From Eledone cirrhosa (lineage: Eukaryota), in contig OZ024745.1 of assembly GCA_964016885.1 (NCBI GenBank), positions 42,346,001-42,410,000 of the forward strand: a stretch of DNA of 64,000 nt, in the 5' to 3' direction. Below, one piece after another: positions 29,330 through 43,200 of this stretch. A program made the position numbers and the translations under genes. Position 1 is the stretch's first letter. Every line of letters begins with the position of its first letter. A model generated the notes under the pieces. It saw nothing but the letters and a program-made list of their open reading frames with translations, was not told the DNA's origin and ran no database searches.

Positions 29330-32300
29330 TATTGCAGATGACTAGATGACTAGGCAATAGAATGCAGTGACTCCTGGCTTCAGTGAAGTATAGTCTAACC
29401 ATTGTTTCAGATGACTAGATGACTAGGCAATAGAATGCAGAATGACTCCTGGCTTCTGTGAACTATAGTCCCACCTTATTGCAGATGACTAGATTACTAC
29501 GCAATAGAATGCAGAGTGACTCCTGGCTTCAGTGAACTATAGTCTCACATTATTGCAGATGACTAGAAGACTAGGCAATAGAATGCAGAGTGACTCCTGG
29601 CTTCTGTGAACTGTAGTATAACCATTGTTGCAGATGACTAGATGACTAGGCAATAGATTGCAGAGTGACTCCGGGTTCAGTGAAGTATAGTCTCACCTTA
29701 TTGCAGATCACTAGATGACTAGGCAATAGAATGCAGAGTGACTCCTGGCTTCAGTGAACTATAGACTCACCTTATTGCAAATGACGAGATGACTAGGCAA
29801 TAGAATGCAGAGTGACTCCTGGCTTCTGTGAACTATAGTCTCACCTTATTGCAGATGACTAGATGACTAGGCAATAGAATGCAGAGTGACTCCTGGCTTC
29901 AGTGAAGTATAGTCTAACCATTGTTGCAGATGACTAGATGACTAGGCAATAGAATGCAGAGTGACTCCTGGCTTCTGTGAACTATAGTCTTACCTTATTG
30001 CAGATGACTAGATGACTAGGCAATAGAATGCAGAGTGACTCCTGGCTTCAGTGAAGTATAGTCTAACCATTGTTGCAGATGACTAGATGACTAGGCAATA
30101 GAATGCAGAGTGACTCCTGGCTTCAGTGAACTATATTCTCAGCTTATTGCGGATAACTAGATGACTAGGCAATAGAATGGAGAGTGACTCCTGGCTTCTG
30201 TGAACTGTAGTCTAATCATTGTTGCAGATGACTAGATGATTAGGCAATAGATTGCAGAGTGACTGCGGGCTTCAGTGAACTATAGTCTCACCTTATTGCA
30301 GATGACTAGATGACTAGGCAAAATAATGCAAAGTGACTCCGGGTTTCAATGAACTATAGTCTCACCTTATTGCAGATGACTAGATGACTAGGCAATAGAA
30401 TGCAGTGACTCCTGGCTTCAGTGAAGTATAGTCTAACCATTGTTGCAGATGACTAGATGACTAGGCAATAGAATGCAGAGGGACTCCTGGCTTCAGTGAT
30501 TTATAGTCTAACCATTGTTTCAGATGACTAGATGACTAGGCAATAGAATGCAGAATGACTCCTGGCTTCTGTGAACTATAGTCCCACCTTATTGCAGATG
30601 ACTAGATTAACGCAATAGAATGCAGAGTGACTCTTGGCTTCAGTGAACTATAATCTCACATTATTGCAGATGACTAGAATACTAGGCAATAGAATGCAGA
30701 GTGACTCCTGGCTTCTGTGAACTGTAGTCTAAACATTGTTGCAGATGACTAGATGACTAGGCAATAGATTGCAGAGTGACTCCGGGTTCAGTGAAGTATA
30801 GTCTCACCTTATTGCAGATGACTAGATGACCAGGCAATAGAATGCAGAGTGACTCCTGGCTTAAGAGAACTATAGTCTCACCTTATTGCAGATGACTAGA
30901 TGACTAGGCAATAGAATGCAGAGGGACTCCTGGCTTCAGTGAAATATAGTCTCACCTTATTGCAGATGACTAGATGACAAGGCAATAGAATGCAGAGTGA
31001 CTCCTGGCTTCTGTGAACTATAGTCTCACCTTATTGCAGATGACTAGATGACTAGGCAATAGAATGCAGAGTGACTCCTGGCTTCAGTGAACGATAGTCT
31101 CACCTTATTGCAGATGACGAGATGACTAGGCAATAGAATGCAGAGTGACTCCTGGCTTCTGTGAACTATAGTCTCACCTTATTGCAGATGACTAGATGAC
31201 TAGGCAATAGAATGCAGAGTGACTCCTGTCTTCAGTGAAGTATAGTCTAACCTTTGTTGCAGATGACTAGATGACTAGGCAATAGAATGCAGAGTGACTC
31301 CTGGCTTCTGTGAACTATAGTCTCACCTTATTGCAGATGACTATATGACTAGGCAATAGAATGCAGAGTGACTCCTGGCTTCAGTGAAGTATAGTCTAAC
31401 CATTGTTGCAGATGACTAGATGACTAGGCAATAGAATGCAGAGTGACTCCTGGCTTCAGTGAACTATATTCTCAGCTTATTGCGGATGACTAGATGACTA
31501 GGCAATAGAATGCAGAGTGACTCCTGACTTCAGTGAACTATAGTCTCACCTATTGCAGATGACTAGATGACTAGGCAAAAGAATGCAGAGTGACTCCGGG
31601 TTTCAATGAACTATAGTCTCACCTTATTGCAGATGACTAGATGACTAGGCAATAGAATGCAGTGACTCCTGGCTTCAGTTAAGTATAGTCTAACCATTGT
31701 TGCAGATGACTAGATGACTAGGCAATAGATTGCAGAGTGACTCCGGGTTTCAGTGAACTATAGTCTCACCTTATTGCAGATGACTAGATGACTAGGCAAT
31801 AGAATGCAGAGGGTCTCCTGGCTTCAGTGAACTATAGTCTCACATTATTGCAGATGACTAGATGACTAGGCAATAGAATACAGAGGGACTCCTGGCTTCA
31901 GTGAACTATAGTCTCAGCTTATTGCGGATGACTAGATGACTAGGCAATAGAATGCAGAGTGACTCCTGGCTTCTGTGAACTATAGTCTCACCTTATTGCA
32001 GATGACTAGATGACTAGGCAATAGAATGCAGAGTGACTCCTTGCTTCAGTGAAGAATAGTCTAACCATTGTTGCAGATGACTAGATGACTAGGCAATAGA
32101 ATGCAGAGTGACTCCTGGCTTCAGTGAACTATTGTCTCACCTTATTGCAGATGACTAGATGACTAGGCAAAAGAATGCAGAGTGACTCCGGGTTTCAATG
32201 AACTATAGTCTCACCTTTTTGCAGATGACTAGATGACTAGGCAATAGAATGCAGTGACTCCTGGCTTCAGTGAAGTATAGTCTAACCATTGTTGCAGATG

Positions 32301-35300
32301 ACTAGATGACTAGGCAATAGATTGCAGAGTGACTCCGGGTTTCAGTGAACTATAGTCTCACCTTATTGCAGATGACTAGATGACTAGGCAATAGAATGCA
32401 GAGTGACTCCTGACTTCAGTGAACTATAGTCTCACCTATTGCAGATGACTAGATGACTAGTCAATAGAATGCAGAGTGACTCCTGGCTTCAGTGAACTAT
32501 AGTCTCACCTTATTGCAGATGACTAGATGACTAGGCAATAGAATGCAGAGTGACTCCTGGCTTCAGTGAAGTATAGTCTAACCATTGTTGCAGATGACTA
32601 GATGACTAGGCAATAGAATGCAGTGACTCCTGGCTTCAGTGAAGTATAGTCTAACCATTGTTGCAGATGACTAGATGACTAGGCAATAGAATGCAGAATG
32701 ACTCCTGGCTTCAGTGAACTATAGTCTCAACTTATTGCAGATGACTAGATGACTAGGCAATAGAATGGAGAGTGACTCCTGGCTTCTGTGAACTGTAGTC
32801 TAATCATTGTTGCAGATGACTAGATGACTAGGCAATAGATTGCAGAGTGACTGCGGGCTTCAGTGAAGTATAGTCTCACCTTATTGCAGATGACTAGATG
32901 ACAAGGCAAAAGAATGCGGAATGACTCCGGGTTTCAATGAACTATAGTCTCACCTTATTGCAGATGACTAGATGACTAGGCAATAGAATGCAGTGACTCC
33001 TGGCTTCAGTGAAGTATAGTCTAACCATTGTTTCAGATGACTAGATGACTAGGCAATAGAATGCAGAATGACTCCTGGCTTCTGTGAACTATAGTCCCAC
33101 CTTATTGCAGATGACTAGATTACTACGCAATAGAATGCAGAGTGACTCCTGGCTTCAGTGAACTATAGTCTCACATTATTGCAGATGACTAGAAGACTAG
33201 GCAATAGAATGCAGAGTGACTCCTGGCTTCTGTGAACTGTAGTATAACCATTGTTGCAGATGACTAGATGACTAGGCAATAGATTGCAGAGTGACTCCGG
33301 GTTCAGTGAAGTATAGTCTCACCTTATTGCAGATCACTAGATGACTAGGCAATAGAATGCAGAGTGACTCCTGGCTTCAGTGAACTATAGACTCACCTTA
33401 TTGCAAATGACGAGATGACTAGGCAATAGAATGCAGAGTGACTCCTGGCTTCAGTGAAGTATAGTCTAACCATTGTTGCAGATGACTAGATGACTAGGCA
33501 ATAGAATGCAGAGTGACTCCTGGCTTCTGTGAACTATAGTCTTACCTTATTGCAGATGACTAGATGACTAGGCAATAGAATGCAGAGTGACTCCTGGCTT
33601 CAGTGAAGTATAGTCTAACCATTGTTGCAGATGACTAGATGACTAGGCAATAGAATGCAGAGTGACTCCTGGCTTCAGTGAACTATATTCTCAGCTTATT
33701 GCGGATAACTAGATGACTAGGCAATAGAATGGAGAGTGACTCCTGGCTTCTGTGAACTGTAGTCTAATCATTGTTGCAGATGACTAGATGATTAGGCAAT
33801 AGATTGCAGAGTGACTGCGGGCTTCAGTGAACTATAGTCTCACCTTATTGCAGATGACTAGATGACTAGGCAAAATAATGCAAAGTGACTCCGGGTTTCA
33901 ATGAACTATAGTCTCACCTTATTGCAGATGACTAGATGACTAGGCAATAGAATGCAGTGACTCCTGGCTTCAGTGAAGTATAGTCTAACCATTGTTGCAG
34001 ATGACTAGATGACTAGGCAATAGAATGCAGAGGGACTCCTGGCTTCAGTGAATTATAGTCTAACCATTGTTTCAGATGACTAGATGACTAGGCAATAGAA
34101 TGCAGAATGACTCCTGGCTTCTGTGAACTATAGTCCCACCTTATTGCAGATGACTAGATTAACGCAATAGAATGCAGAGTGACTCTTGGCTTCAGTGAAC
34201 TATAATCTCACATTATTGCAGATGACTAGAATACTAGGCAATAGAATGCAGAGTGACTCCTGGCTTCTGTGAACTGTAGTCTAAACATTGTTGCAGATGA
34301 CTAGATGACTAGGCAATAGATTGCAGAGTGACTCCGGGTTCAGTGAAGTATAGTCTCACCTTATTGCAGATGACTAGATGACCAGGCAATAGAATGCAGA
34401 GTGACTCCTGGCTTAAGAGAACTATAGTCTCACCTTATTGCAGATGACTAGATGACTAGGCAATAGAATGCAGAGGGACTCCTGGCTTCAGTGAAATATA
34501 GTCTCACCTTATTGCAGATGACTAGATGACAAGGCAATAGAATGCAGAGTGACTCCTGGCTTCTGTGAACTATAGTCTCACCTTATTGCAGATGACTAGA
34601 TGACTAGGCAATAGAATGCAGAGTGACTCCTGGCTTCAGTGAACGATAGTCTCACCTTATTGCAGATGACGAGATGACTAGGCAATAGAATGCAGAGTGA
34701 CTCCTGGCTTCTGTGAACTATAGTCTCACCTTATTGCAGATGACTAGATGACTAGGCAATAGAATGCAGAGTGACTCCTGTCTTCAGTGAAGTATAGTCT
34801 AACCTTTGTTGCAGATGACTAGATGACTAGGCAATAGAATGCAGAGTGACTCCTGGCTTCTGTGAACTATAGTCTCACCTTATTGCAGATGACTATATGA
34901 CTAGGCAATAGAATGCAGAGTGACTCCTGGCTTCAGTGAAGTATAGTCTAACCATTGTTGCAGATGACTAGATGACTAGGCAATAGAATGCAGAGGGACT
35001 CCTGGCTTCAGTGAATTATAGTCTAACCATTGTTTCAGATGACTAGATGACTAGGCAATAGAATGCAGAATGACTCCTGGCTTCTGTGAACTATAGTCCC
35101 ACCTTATTGCAGATGACTAGATTAACGCAATAGAATGCAGAGTGACTCTTGGCTTCAGTGAACTATAATCTCACATTATTGCAGATGACTAGAATACTAG
35201 GCAATAGAATGCAGAGTGACTCCTGGCTTCTGTGAACTGTAGTCTAAACATTGTTGCAGATGACTAGATGACTAGGCAATAGATTGCAGAGTGACTCCGG

Positions 35301-38300
35301 GTTCAGTGAAGTATAGTCTCACCTTATTGCAGATGACTAGATGACCAGGCAATAGAATGCAGAGTGACTCCTGGCTTAAGAGAACTATAGTCTCACCTTA
35401 TTGCAGATGACGAGATGACTAGGCAATAGAATGCAGAGTGACTCCTGGCTTCTGTGAACTATAGTCTCACCTTATTGCAGATGACTAGATGACTAGGCAA
35501 TAGAATGCAGAGTGACTCCTGTCTTCAGTGAAGTATAGTCTAACCTTTGTTGCAGATGACTAGATGACTAGGCAATAGAATGCAGAGTGACTCCTGGCTT
35601 CTGTGAACTATAGTCTCACCTTATTGCAGATGACTATATGACTAGGCAATAGAATGCAGAGTGACTCCTGGCTTCAGTGAAGTATAGTCTAACCATTGTT
35701 GCAGATGACTAGATGACTAGGCAATAGAATGCAGAGTGACTCCTGGCTTCAGTGAACTATATTCTCAGCTTATTGCGGATGACTAGATGACTAGGCAATA
35801 GAATGCAGAGTGACTCCTGACTTCAGTGAACTATAGTCTCACCTATTGCAGATGACTAGATGACTAGGCAAAAGAATGCAGAGTGACTCCGGGTTTCAAT
35901 GAACTATAGTCTCACCTTATTGCAGATGACTAGATGACTAGGCAATAGAATGCAGTGACTCCTGGCTTCAGTTAAGTATAGTCTAACCATTGTTGCAGAT
36001 GACTAGATGACTAGGCAATAGATTGCAGAGTGACTCCGGGTTTCAGTGAACTATAGTCTCACCTTATTGCAGATGACTAGATGACTAGGCAATAGAATGC
36101 AGAGGGTCTCCTGGCTTCAGTGAACTATAGTCTCACATTATTGCAGATGACTAGATGACTAGGCAATAGAATACAGAGGGACTCCTGGCTTCAGTGAACT
36201 ATAGTCTCAGCTTATTGCGGATGACTAGATGACTAGGCAATAGAATGCAGAGTGACTCCTGGCTTCTGTGAACTATAGTCTCACCTTATTGCAGATGACT
36301 AGATGACTAGGCAATAGAATGCAGAGTGACTCCTTGCTTCAGTGAAGAATAGTCTAACCATTGTTGCAGATGACTAGATGACTAGGCAATAGAATGCAGA
36401 GTGACTCCTGGCTTCAGTGAACTATTGTCTCACCTTATTGCAGATGACTAGATGACTAGGCAAAAGAATGCAGAGTGACTCCGGGTTTCAATGAACTATA
36501 GTCTCACCTTTTTGCAGATGACTAGATGACTAGGCAATAGAATGCAGTGACTCCTGGCTTCAGTGAAGTATAGTCTAACCATTGTTGCAGATGACTAGAT
36601 GACTAGGCAATAGATTGCAGAGTGACTCCGGGTTTCAGTGAACTATAGTCTCACCTTATTGCAGATGACTAGATGACTAGGCAATAGAATGCAGAGTGAC
36701 TCCTGACTTCAGTGAACTATAGTCTCACCTATTGCAGATGACTAGATGACTAGTCAATAGAATGCAGAGTGACTCCTGGCTTCAGTGAACTATAGTCTCA
36801 CCTTATTGCAGATGACTAGATGACTAGGCAATAGAATGCAGAGTGACTCCTGGCTTCAGTGAAGTATAGTCTAACCATTGTTGCAGATGACTAGATGACT
36901 AGGCAATAGAATGCAGTGACTCCTGGCTTCAGTGAAGTATAGTCTAACCATTGTTGCAGATGACTAGATGACTAGGCAATAGAATGCAGAATGACTCCTG
37001 GCTTCAGTGAACTATAGTCTCAACTTATTGCAGATGACTAGATGACTAGGCAATAGAATGGAGAGTGACTCCTGGCTTCTGTGAACTGTAGTCTAATCAT
37101 TGTTGCAGATGACTAGATGACTAGGCAATAGATTGCAGAGTGACTGCGGGCTTCAGTGAAGTATAGTCTCACCTTATTGCAGATGACTAGATGACAAGGC
37201 AAAAGAATGCGGAGTGACTCCGGGTTTCAATGAACTATAGTCTCACCTTATTGCAGATGACTAGATGACTAGGCAATAGAATGCAGTGACTCCTGGCTTC
37301 AGTGAAGTATAGTCTAACCATTGTTTCAGATGACTAGATGACTAGGCAATAGAATGCAGAATGACTCCTGGCTTCTGTGAACTATAGTCCCACCTTATTG
37401 CAGATGACTAGATTACTACGCAATAGAATGCAGAGTGACTCCTGGCTTCAGTGAACTATAGTCTCACATTATTGCAGATGACTAGAAGACTAGGCAATAG
37501 AATGCAGAGTGACTCCTGGCTTCTGTGAACTGTAGTATAACCATTGTTGCAGATGACTAGATGACTAGGCAATAGATTGCAGAGTGACTCCGGGTTCAGT
37601 GAAGTATAGTCTCACCTTATTGCAGATCACTAGATGACTAGGCAATAGAATGCAGAGTGACTCCTGGCTTCAGTGAACTATAGACTCACCTTATTGCAAA
37701 TGACGAGATGACTAGGCAATAGAATGCAGAGTGACTCCTGGCTTCAGTGAAGTATAGTCTAACCATTGTTGCAGATGACTAGATGACTAGGCAATAGAAT
37801 GCAGAGTGACTCCTGGCTTCTGTGAACTATAGTCTTACCTTATTGCAGATGACTAGATGACTAGGCAATAGAATGCAGAGTGACTCCTGGCTTCAGTGAA
37901 GTATAGTCTAACCATTGTTGCAGATGACTAGATGACTAGGCAATAGAATGCAGAGTGACTCCTGGCTTCAGTGAACTATATTCTCAGCTTATTGCGGATA
38001 ACTAGATGACTAGGCAATAGAATGGAGAGTGACTCCTGGCTTCTGTGAACTGTAGTCTAATCATTGTTGCAGATGACTAGATGATTAGGCAATAGATTGC
38101 AGAGTGACTGCGGGCTTCAGTGAACTATAGTCTCACCTTATTGCAGATGACTAGATGACTAGGCAAAATAATGCAAAGTGACTCCGGGTTTCAATGAACT
38201 ATAGTCTCACCTTATTGCAGATGACTAGATGACTAGGCAATAGAATGCAGTGACTCCTGGCTTCAGTGAAGTATAGTCTAACCATTGTTGCAGATGACTA

Positions 38301-40245
38301 GATGACTAGGCAATAGAATGCAGAGGGACTCCTGGCTTCAGTGAATTATAGTCTAACCATTGTTTCAGATGACTAGATGACTAGGCAATAGAATGCAGAA
38401 TGACTCCTGGCTTCTGTGAACTATAGTCCCACCTTATTGCAGATGACTAGATTAACGCAATAGAATGCAGAGTGACTCTTGGCTTCAGTGAACTATAATC
38501 TCACATTATTGCAGATGACTAGAATACTAGGCAATAGAATGCAGAGTGACTCCTGGCTTCTGTGAACTGTAGTCTAAACATTGTTGCAGATGACTAGATG
38601 ACTAGGCAATAGATTGCAGAGTGACTCCGGGTTCAGTGAAGTATAGTCTCACCTTATTGCAGATGACTAGATGACCAGGCAATAGAATGCAGAGTGACTC
38701 CTGGCTTAAGAGAACTATAGTCTCACCTTATTGCAGATGACTAGATGACTAGGCAATAGAATGCAGAGGGACTCCTGGCTTCAGTGAAATATAGTCTCAC
38801 CTTATTGCAGATGACTAGATGACAAGGCAATAGAATGCAGAGTGACTCCTGGCTTCTGTGAACTATAGTCTCACCTTATTGCAGATGACTAGATGACTAG
38901 GCAATAGAATGCAGAGTGACTCCTGGCTTCAGTGAACGATAGTCTCACCTTATTGCAGATGACGAGATGACTAGGCAATAGAATGCAGAGTGACTCCTGG
39001 CTTCTGTGAACTATAGTCTCACCTTATTGCAGATGACTAGATGACTAGGCAATAGAATGCAGAGTGACTCCTGTCTTCAGTGAAGTATAGTCTAACCTTT
39101 GTTGCAGATGACTAGATGACTAGGCAATAGAATGCAGAGTGACTCCTGGCTTCTGTGAACTATAGTCTCACCTTATTGCAGATGACTATATGACTAGGCA
39201 ATAGAATGCAGAGTGACTCCTGGCTTCAGTGAAGTATAGTCTAACCATTGTTGCAGATGACTAGATGACTAGGCAATAGAATGCAGAGTGACTCCTGGCT
39301 TCAGTGAACTATATTCTCAGCTTATTGCGGATGACTAGATGACTAGGCAATAGAATGCAGAGTGACTCCTGACTTCAGTGAACTATAGTCTCACCTATTG
39401 CAGATGACTAGATGACTAGGCAAAAGAATGCAGAGTGACTCCGGGTTTCAATGAACTATAGTCTCACCTTATTGCAGATGACTAGATGACTAGGCAATAG
39501 AATGCAGTGACTCCTGGCTTCAGTTAAGTATAGTCTAACCATTATTGCAGATGACTAGATGACTAGGCAATAGATTGCAGAGTGACTCCGGGTTTCAGTG
39601 AACTATAGTCTCACCTTATTGCAGATGACTAGATGACTAGGCAATAGAATGCAGAGGGTCTCCTGGCTTCAGTGAACTATAGTCTCACATTATTGCAGAT
39701 GACTAGATGACTAGGCAATAGAATACAGAGGGACTCCTGGCTTCAGTGAACTATAGTCTCAGCTTATTGCGGATGACTAGATGACTAGGCAATAGAATGC
39801 AGAGTGACTCCTGGCTTCTGTGAACTATAGTCTCACCTTATTGCAGATGACTAGATGACTAGGCAATAGAATGCAGAGTGACTCCTTGCTTCAGTGAAGA
39901 ATAGTCTAACCATTGTTGCAGATGACTAGATGACTAGGCAATAGAATGCAGAGTGACTCCTGGCTTCAGTGAACTATTGTCTCACCTTATTGCAGATGAC
40001 TAGATGACTAGGCAAAAGAATGCAGAGTGACTCCGGGTTTCAATGAACTATAGTCTCACCTTTTTGCAGATGACTAGATGACTAGGCAATAGAATGCAGT
40101 GACTCCTGGCTTCAGTGAAGTATAGTCTAACCATTGTTGCAGATGACTAGATGACTAGGCAATAGATTGCAGAGTGACTCCGGGTTTCAGTGAACTATAG
40201 TCTCACCTTATTGCAGATGACTAGATGACTAGGCAATAGAATGCA
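29330..40245. repeat. About three copies of a 3552-bp (48-monomer) higher-order unit
   Basis: TTAAGAGAAC 30861/34413 (3552); GAAGAATAG 32051/36344/39896 (4293, 3552); GATCAC 29706/33332/37625 (3626, 4293). Confidence 0.88.
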
Positions 40246-40249
40246 GAGT

Positions 40250-43200
40250 CACTCCTGGCTTCTGTGAACTATAGTCTCACCTTATTGCAGATGACTAGAT
40301 TACTACGCAATAGAATGCAGAGTGACTCCTGGCTTCAGTGAACTATAGTCTAACCATTATTGCAGATGACTAGAAGACTAGGCAATAGAATGCAGAGTGA
40401 CTCCTGGCTTCTGTGAACTGTAGTCTAACCATTGTTGCAGATGACTAGATAACTAGGCAATGGATTGCAGAGTGACTCCGGGTTCAGTGAAGTATAGTCT
40501 CACCTTATTGCAGATGACTAGATGACTAGGCAATAGAATGCAGAGTGACTCCTGGCTTCAGTGAACTATAGTCTCACCTTAGTGCAGATGACTAGATGAC
40601 TAGGCAATAGAATGCAGAGGGACTCCTGGCTTCAGTGAACTATAGTCTCACCTTATTGCAGATGACTAGATGACTAGGCAATAGAATGCAGAGTGACTCC
40701 TGGCTTCGGTGAAGTATAGTCTAACCTTTGTTGCAGATGACTAGATGACTAGGCAATAGAATGCAGAGTGACTCCTGGCTTCAGTGAACTATAGTCTCAC
40801 CTTATTGCAGATGACTAGATGACTAGGCAATAGAATGCAGAGGGACTCCTGGCTTCAGTGAACTATAGTCTCACCTTATTGCAGATGACTAGATGACTAG
40901 GCAATAGAATGCAGAGTGACTCCTGGCTTCGGTGAAGTATAGTCTAACATTTGTTGCAGATGACTAGATGACTAGTCAATAGAATGCAGAGTGACTCCTG
41001 GCTTCAGTGAACTATAGTCTCACCTTATTGCAGATGACTAGATGACTAGGCAATAGAATGCAGAGTGACTCCTGGCTTCAGTGAAGTATAGTCTAACCAT
41101 TGTTGCAGATGACTAGATGACTAGGCAATAGAATGCAGTGACTCCTGGCTTCAGTGAAGTATAGTCTAACCATTGTTGCAGATGACTAGATGACTAGGCA
41201 ATAGAATGCAGAATGACTCCTGGCTTCAGTGAACTATAGTCTCAACTTATTGCAGATGACTAGATGACTAGGCAATAGAATGGAGAGTGACTCCTGGCTT
41301 CTGTGAACTGTAGTCTAATCATTGTTGCAGATGACTAGATGACTAGGCAATAGATTGCAGAGTGACTGCGGGCTTCAGTGAAGTATAGTCTCACCTTATT
41401 GCAGATGACTAGATGACAAGGCAAAAGAATGCAGAGTGACTCCGGGTTTCAATGAACTATATTCTCACCTTATTGCAGATGACTAGATGACTAGGCAATA
41501 GAATGCAGTGACTCCTGGCTTCAGTGAAGTATAGTCTAACCATTGTTTCATATGACTAGATGACTAGACAATAGAATGCAGAATGACTCCTGGCTTCTGT
41601 GAACTATAGTCCCACCTTATTGCAGATGACTAGATTACTACGCAATAGAATGCAGAGTGACTCCTGGCTTCAGTGAACTATAGTCTAACATTATTGCAGA
41701 TGACTAGAAGACTAGGCAATAGAATGCAGCGTGTCTCCTGACTTCTGTGAACTGTAGTATAACCATTGTTGCAGATGAATAGATGACTAGGCAATAGATT
41801 GCAGAGTGACTCCTGGCTTCAGTGAAGTATAGTCTCACCTTATTGCAGACGACTAGATGACTAGCAATAGAATGCAGAGTGACTCCTGGCTTCAGTGAAC
41901 TATAGTCTCACCTTATTGCAGATGACGAGATGACTAGGCAATAGATTGCAGAGTGACTCCTGGCTTCTGTGAACTATAGTCTCACCTTATTGCAGATGAC
42001 TAGATGATTAGGCAATAGAATGCAGAGTGACTCCTGGCTTCAGTGAAGTATAGTCTAACCATTGTTGCAGATGACTAGATGACTAGGCAATAGAATGCAG
42101 AGTGACTCCTGGCTTCTGTGAACTATAGTCTCAACTTATTGCAGATGACTATATGACTAGGCAATAGAATGCAGAGTGACTCCTGGCTTCAGTGAAGTAT
42201 AGTCTAACCATTGTTGCAGATGACTAGATGACTAGGCAATAGAATGCAGAGTGACTCCTGTCTTCAGTGAACTATAGTCTCACCTATTGCAGATGACTAA
42301 ATGACTAGACAAAAGAATGCAGAGTGACTCCGGGTTTCAATGAACTATAGTCTCACATTATTGCAGATGACTAGATGACTAGGCAATAGAATGCAGTGAC
42401 TCCTGGCTTCAGTTAAGTATAGTCTAACCATTGTTGCAGATGACTAGATGACTAGGCAATAGATTGCAGAGTGACTCCGGGTTTCAGTGAACTATAATCT
42501 CACCTTATTGCAGATGACTAGATGACTAGGCAATAGAATGCAGAGGGACTCCTGGCTTCAGTGAACTATAGTCTCACCTTATTGCAGATGACTAGATGAC
42601 TAGGCAATAGAATGCAGAGTGACTCCTGGCTTCGGTGAAGTATAGTCTAACCTTTGTTGCAGATGACTAGATGACTAGGCAATAGAATGCAGAGTGACTC
42701 CTGGCTTCAGTGAACTATAGTCTCACCTTATTTCAGATGACTAGATGACTAGGCAATAGAATGCAGAGGGACTCCTGGCTTCAGTGAACTATAGTCTCAC
42801 CTTATTGCAGATGACTAGATGACTAGGCAATAGAATGCAGAGTGACTCCTGGCTTCGGTGAAGTATAGTCTAACCTTTGTTGCAGATGACTAGATGACTA
42901 GTCAATAGAATGCAGAGTGACTCCTGGCTTCAGTGAACTATAGTCTCACCTTATTGCAGATGACTAGATGACTAGGCAATAGAATGCAGAGTGACTCCTG
43001 GCTTCAGTGAAGTATAGTCTATCCATTGTTGCAGATGACTAGATGACTAGGCAATAGAATGCAGTGACTCCTGGCTTCAGTGAAGTATAGTCTAACCATT
43101 GTTGCAGATGACTAGATGACTAGGCAATAGAATGCAGAATGACTCCTGGCTTCAGTGAACTATAGACTCAACTTATTGCAGATGACTAGATGACTAGGCA

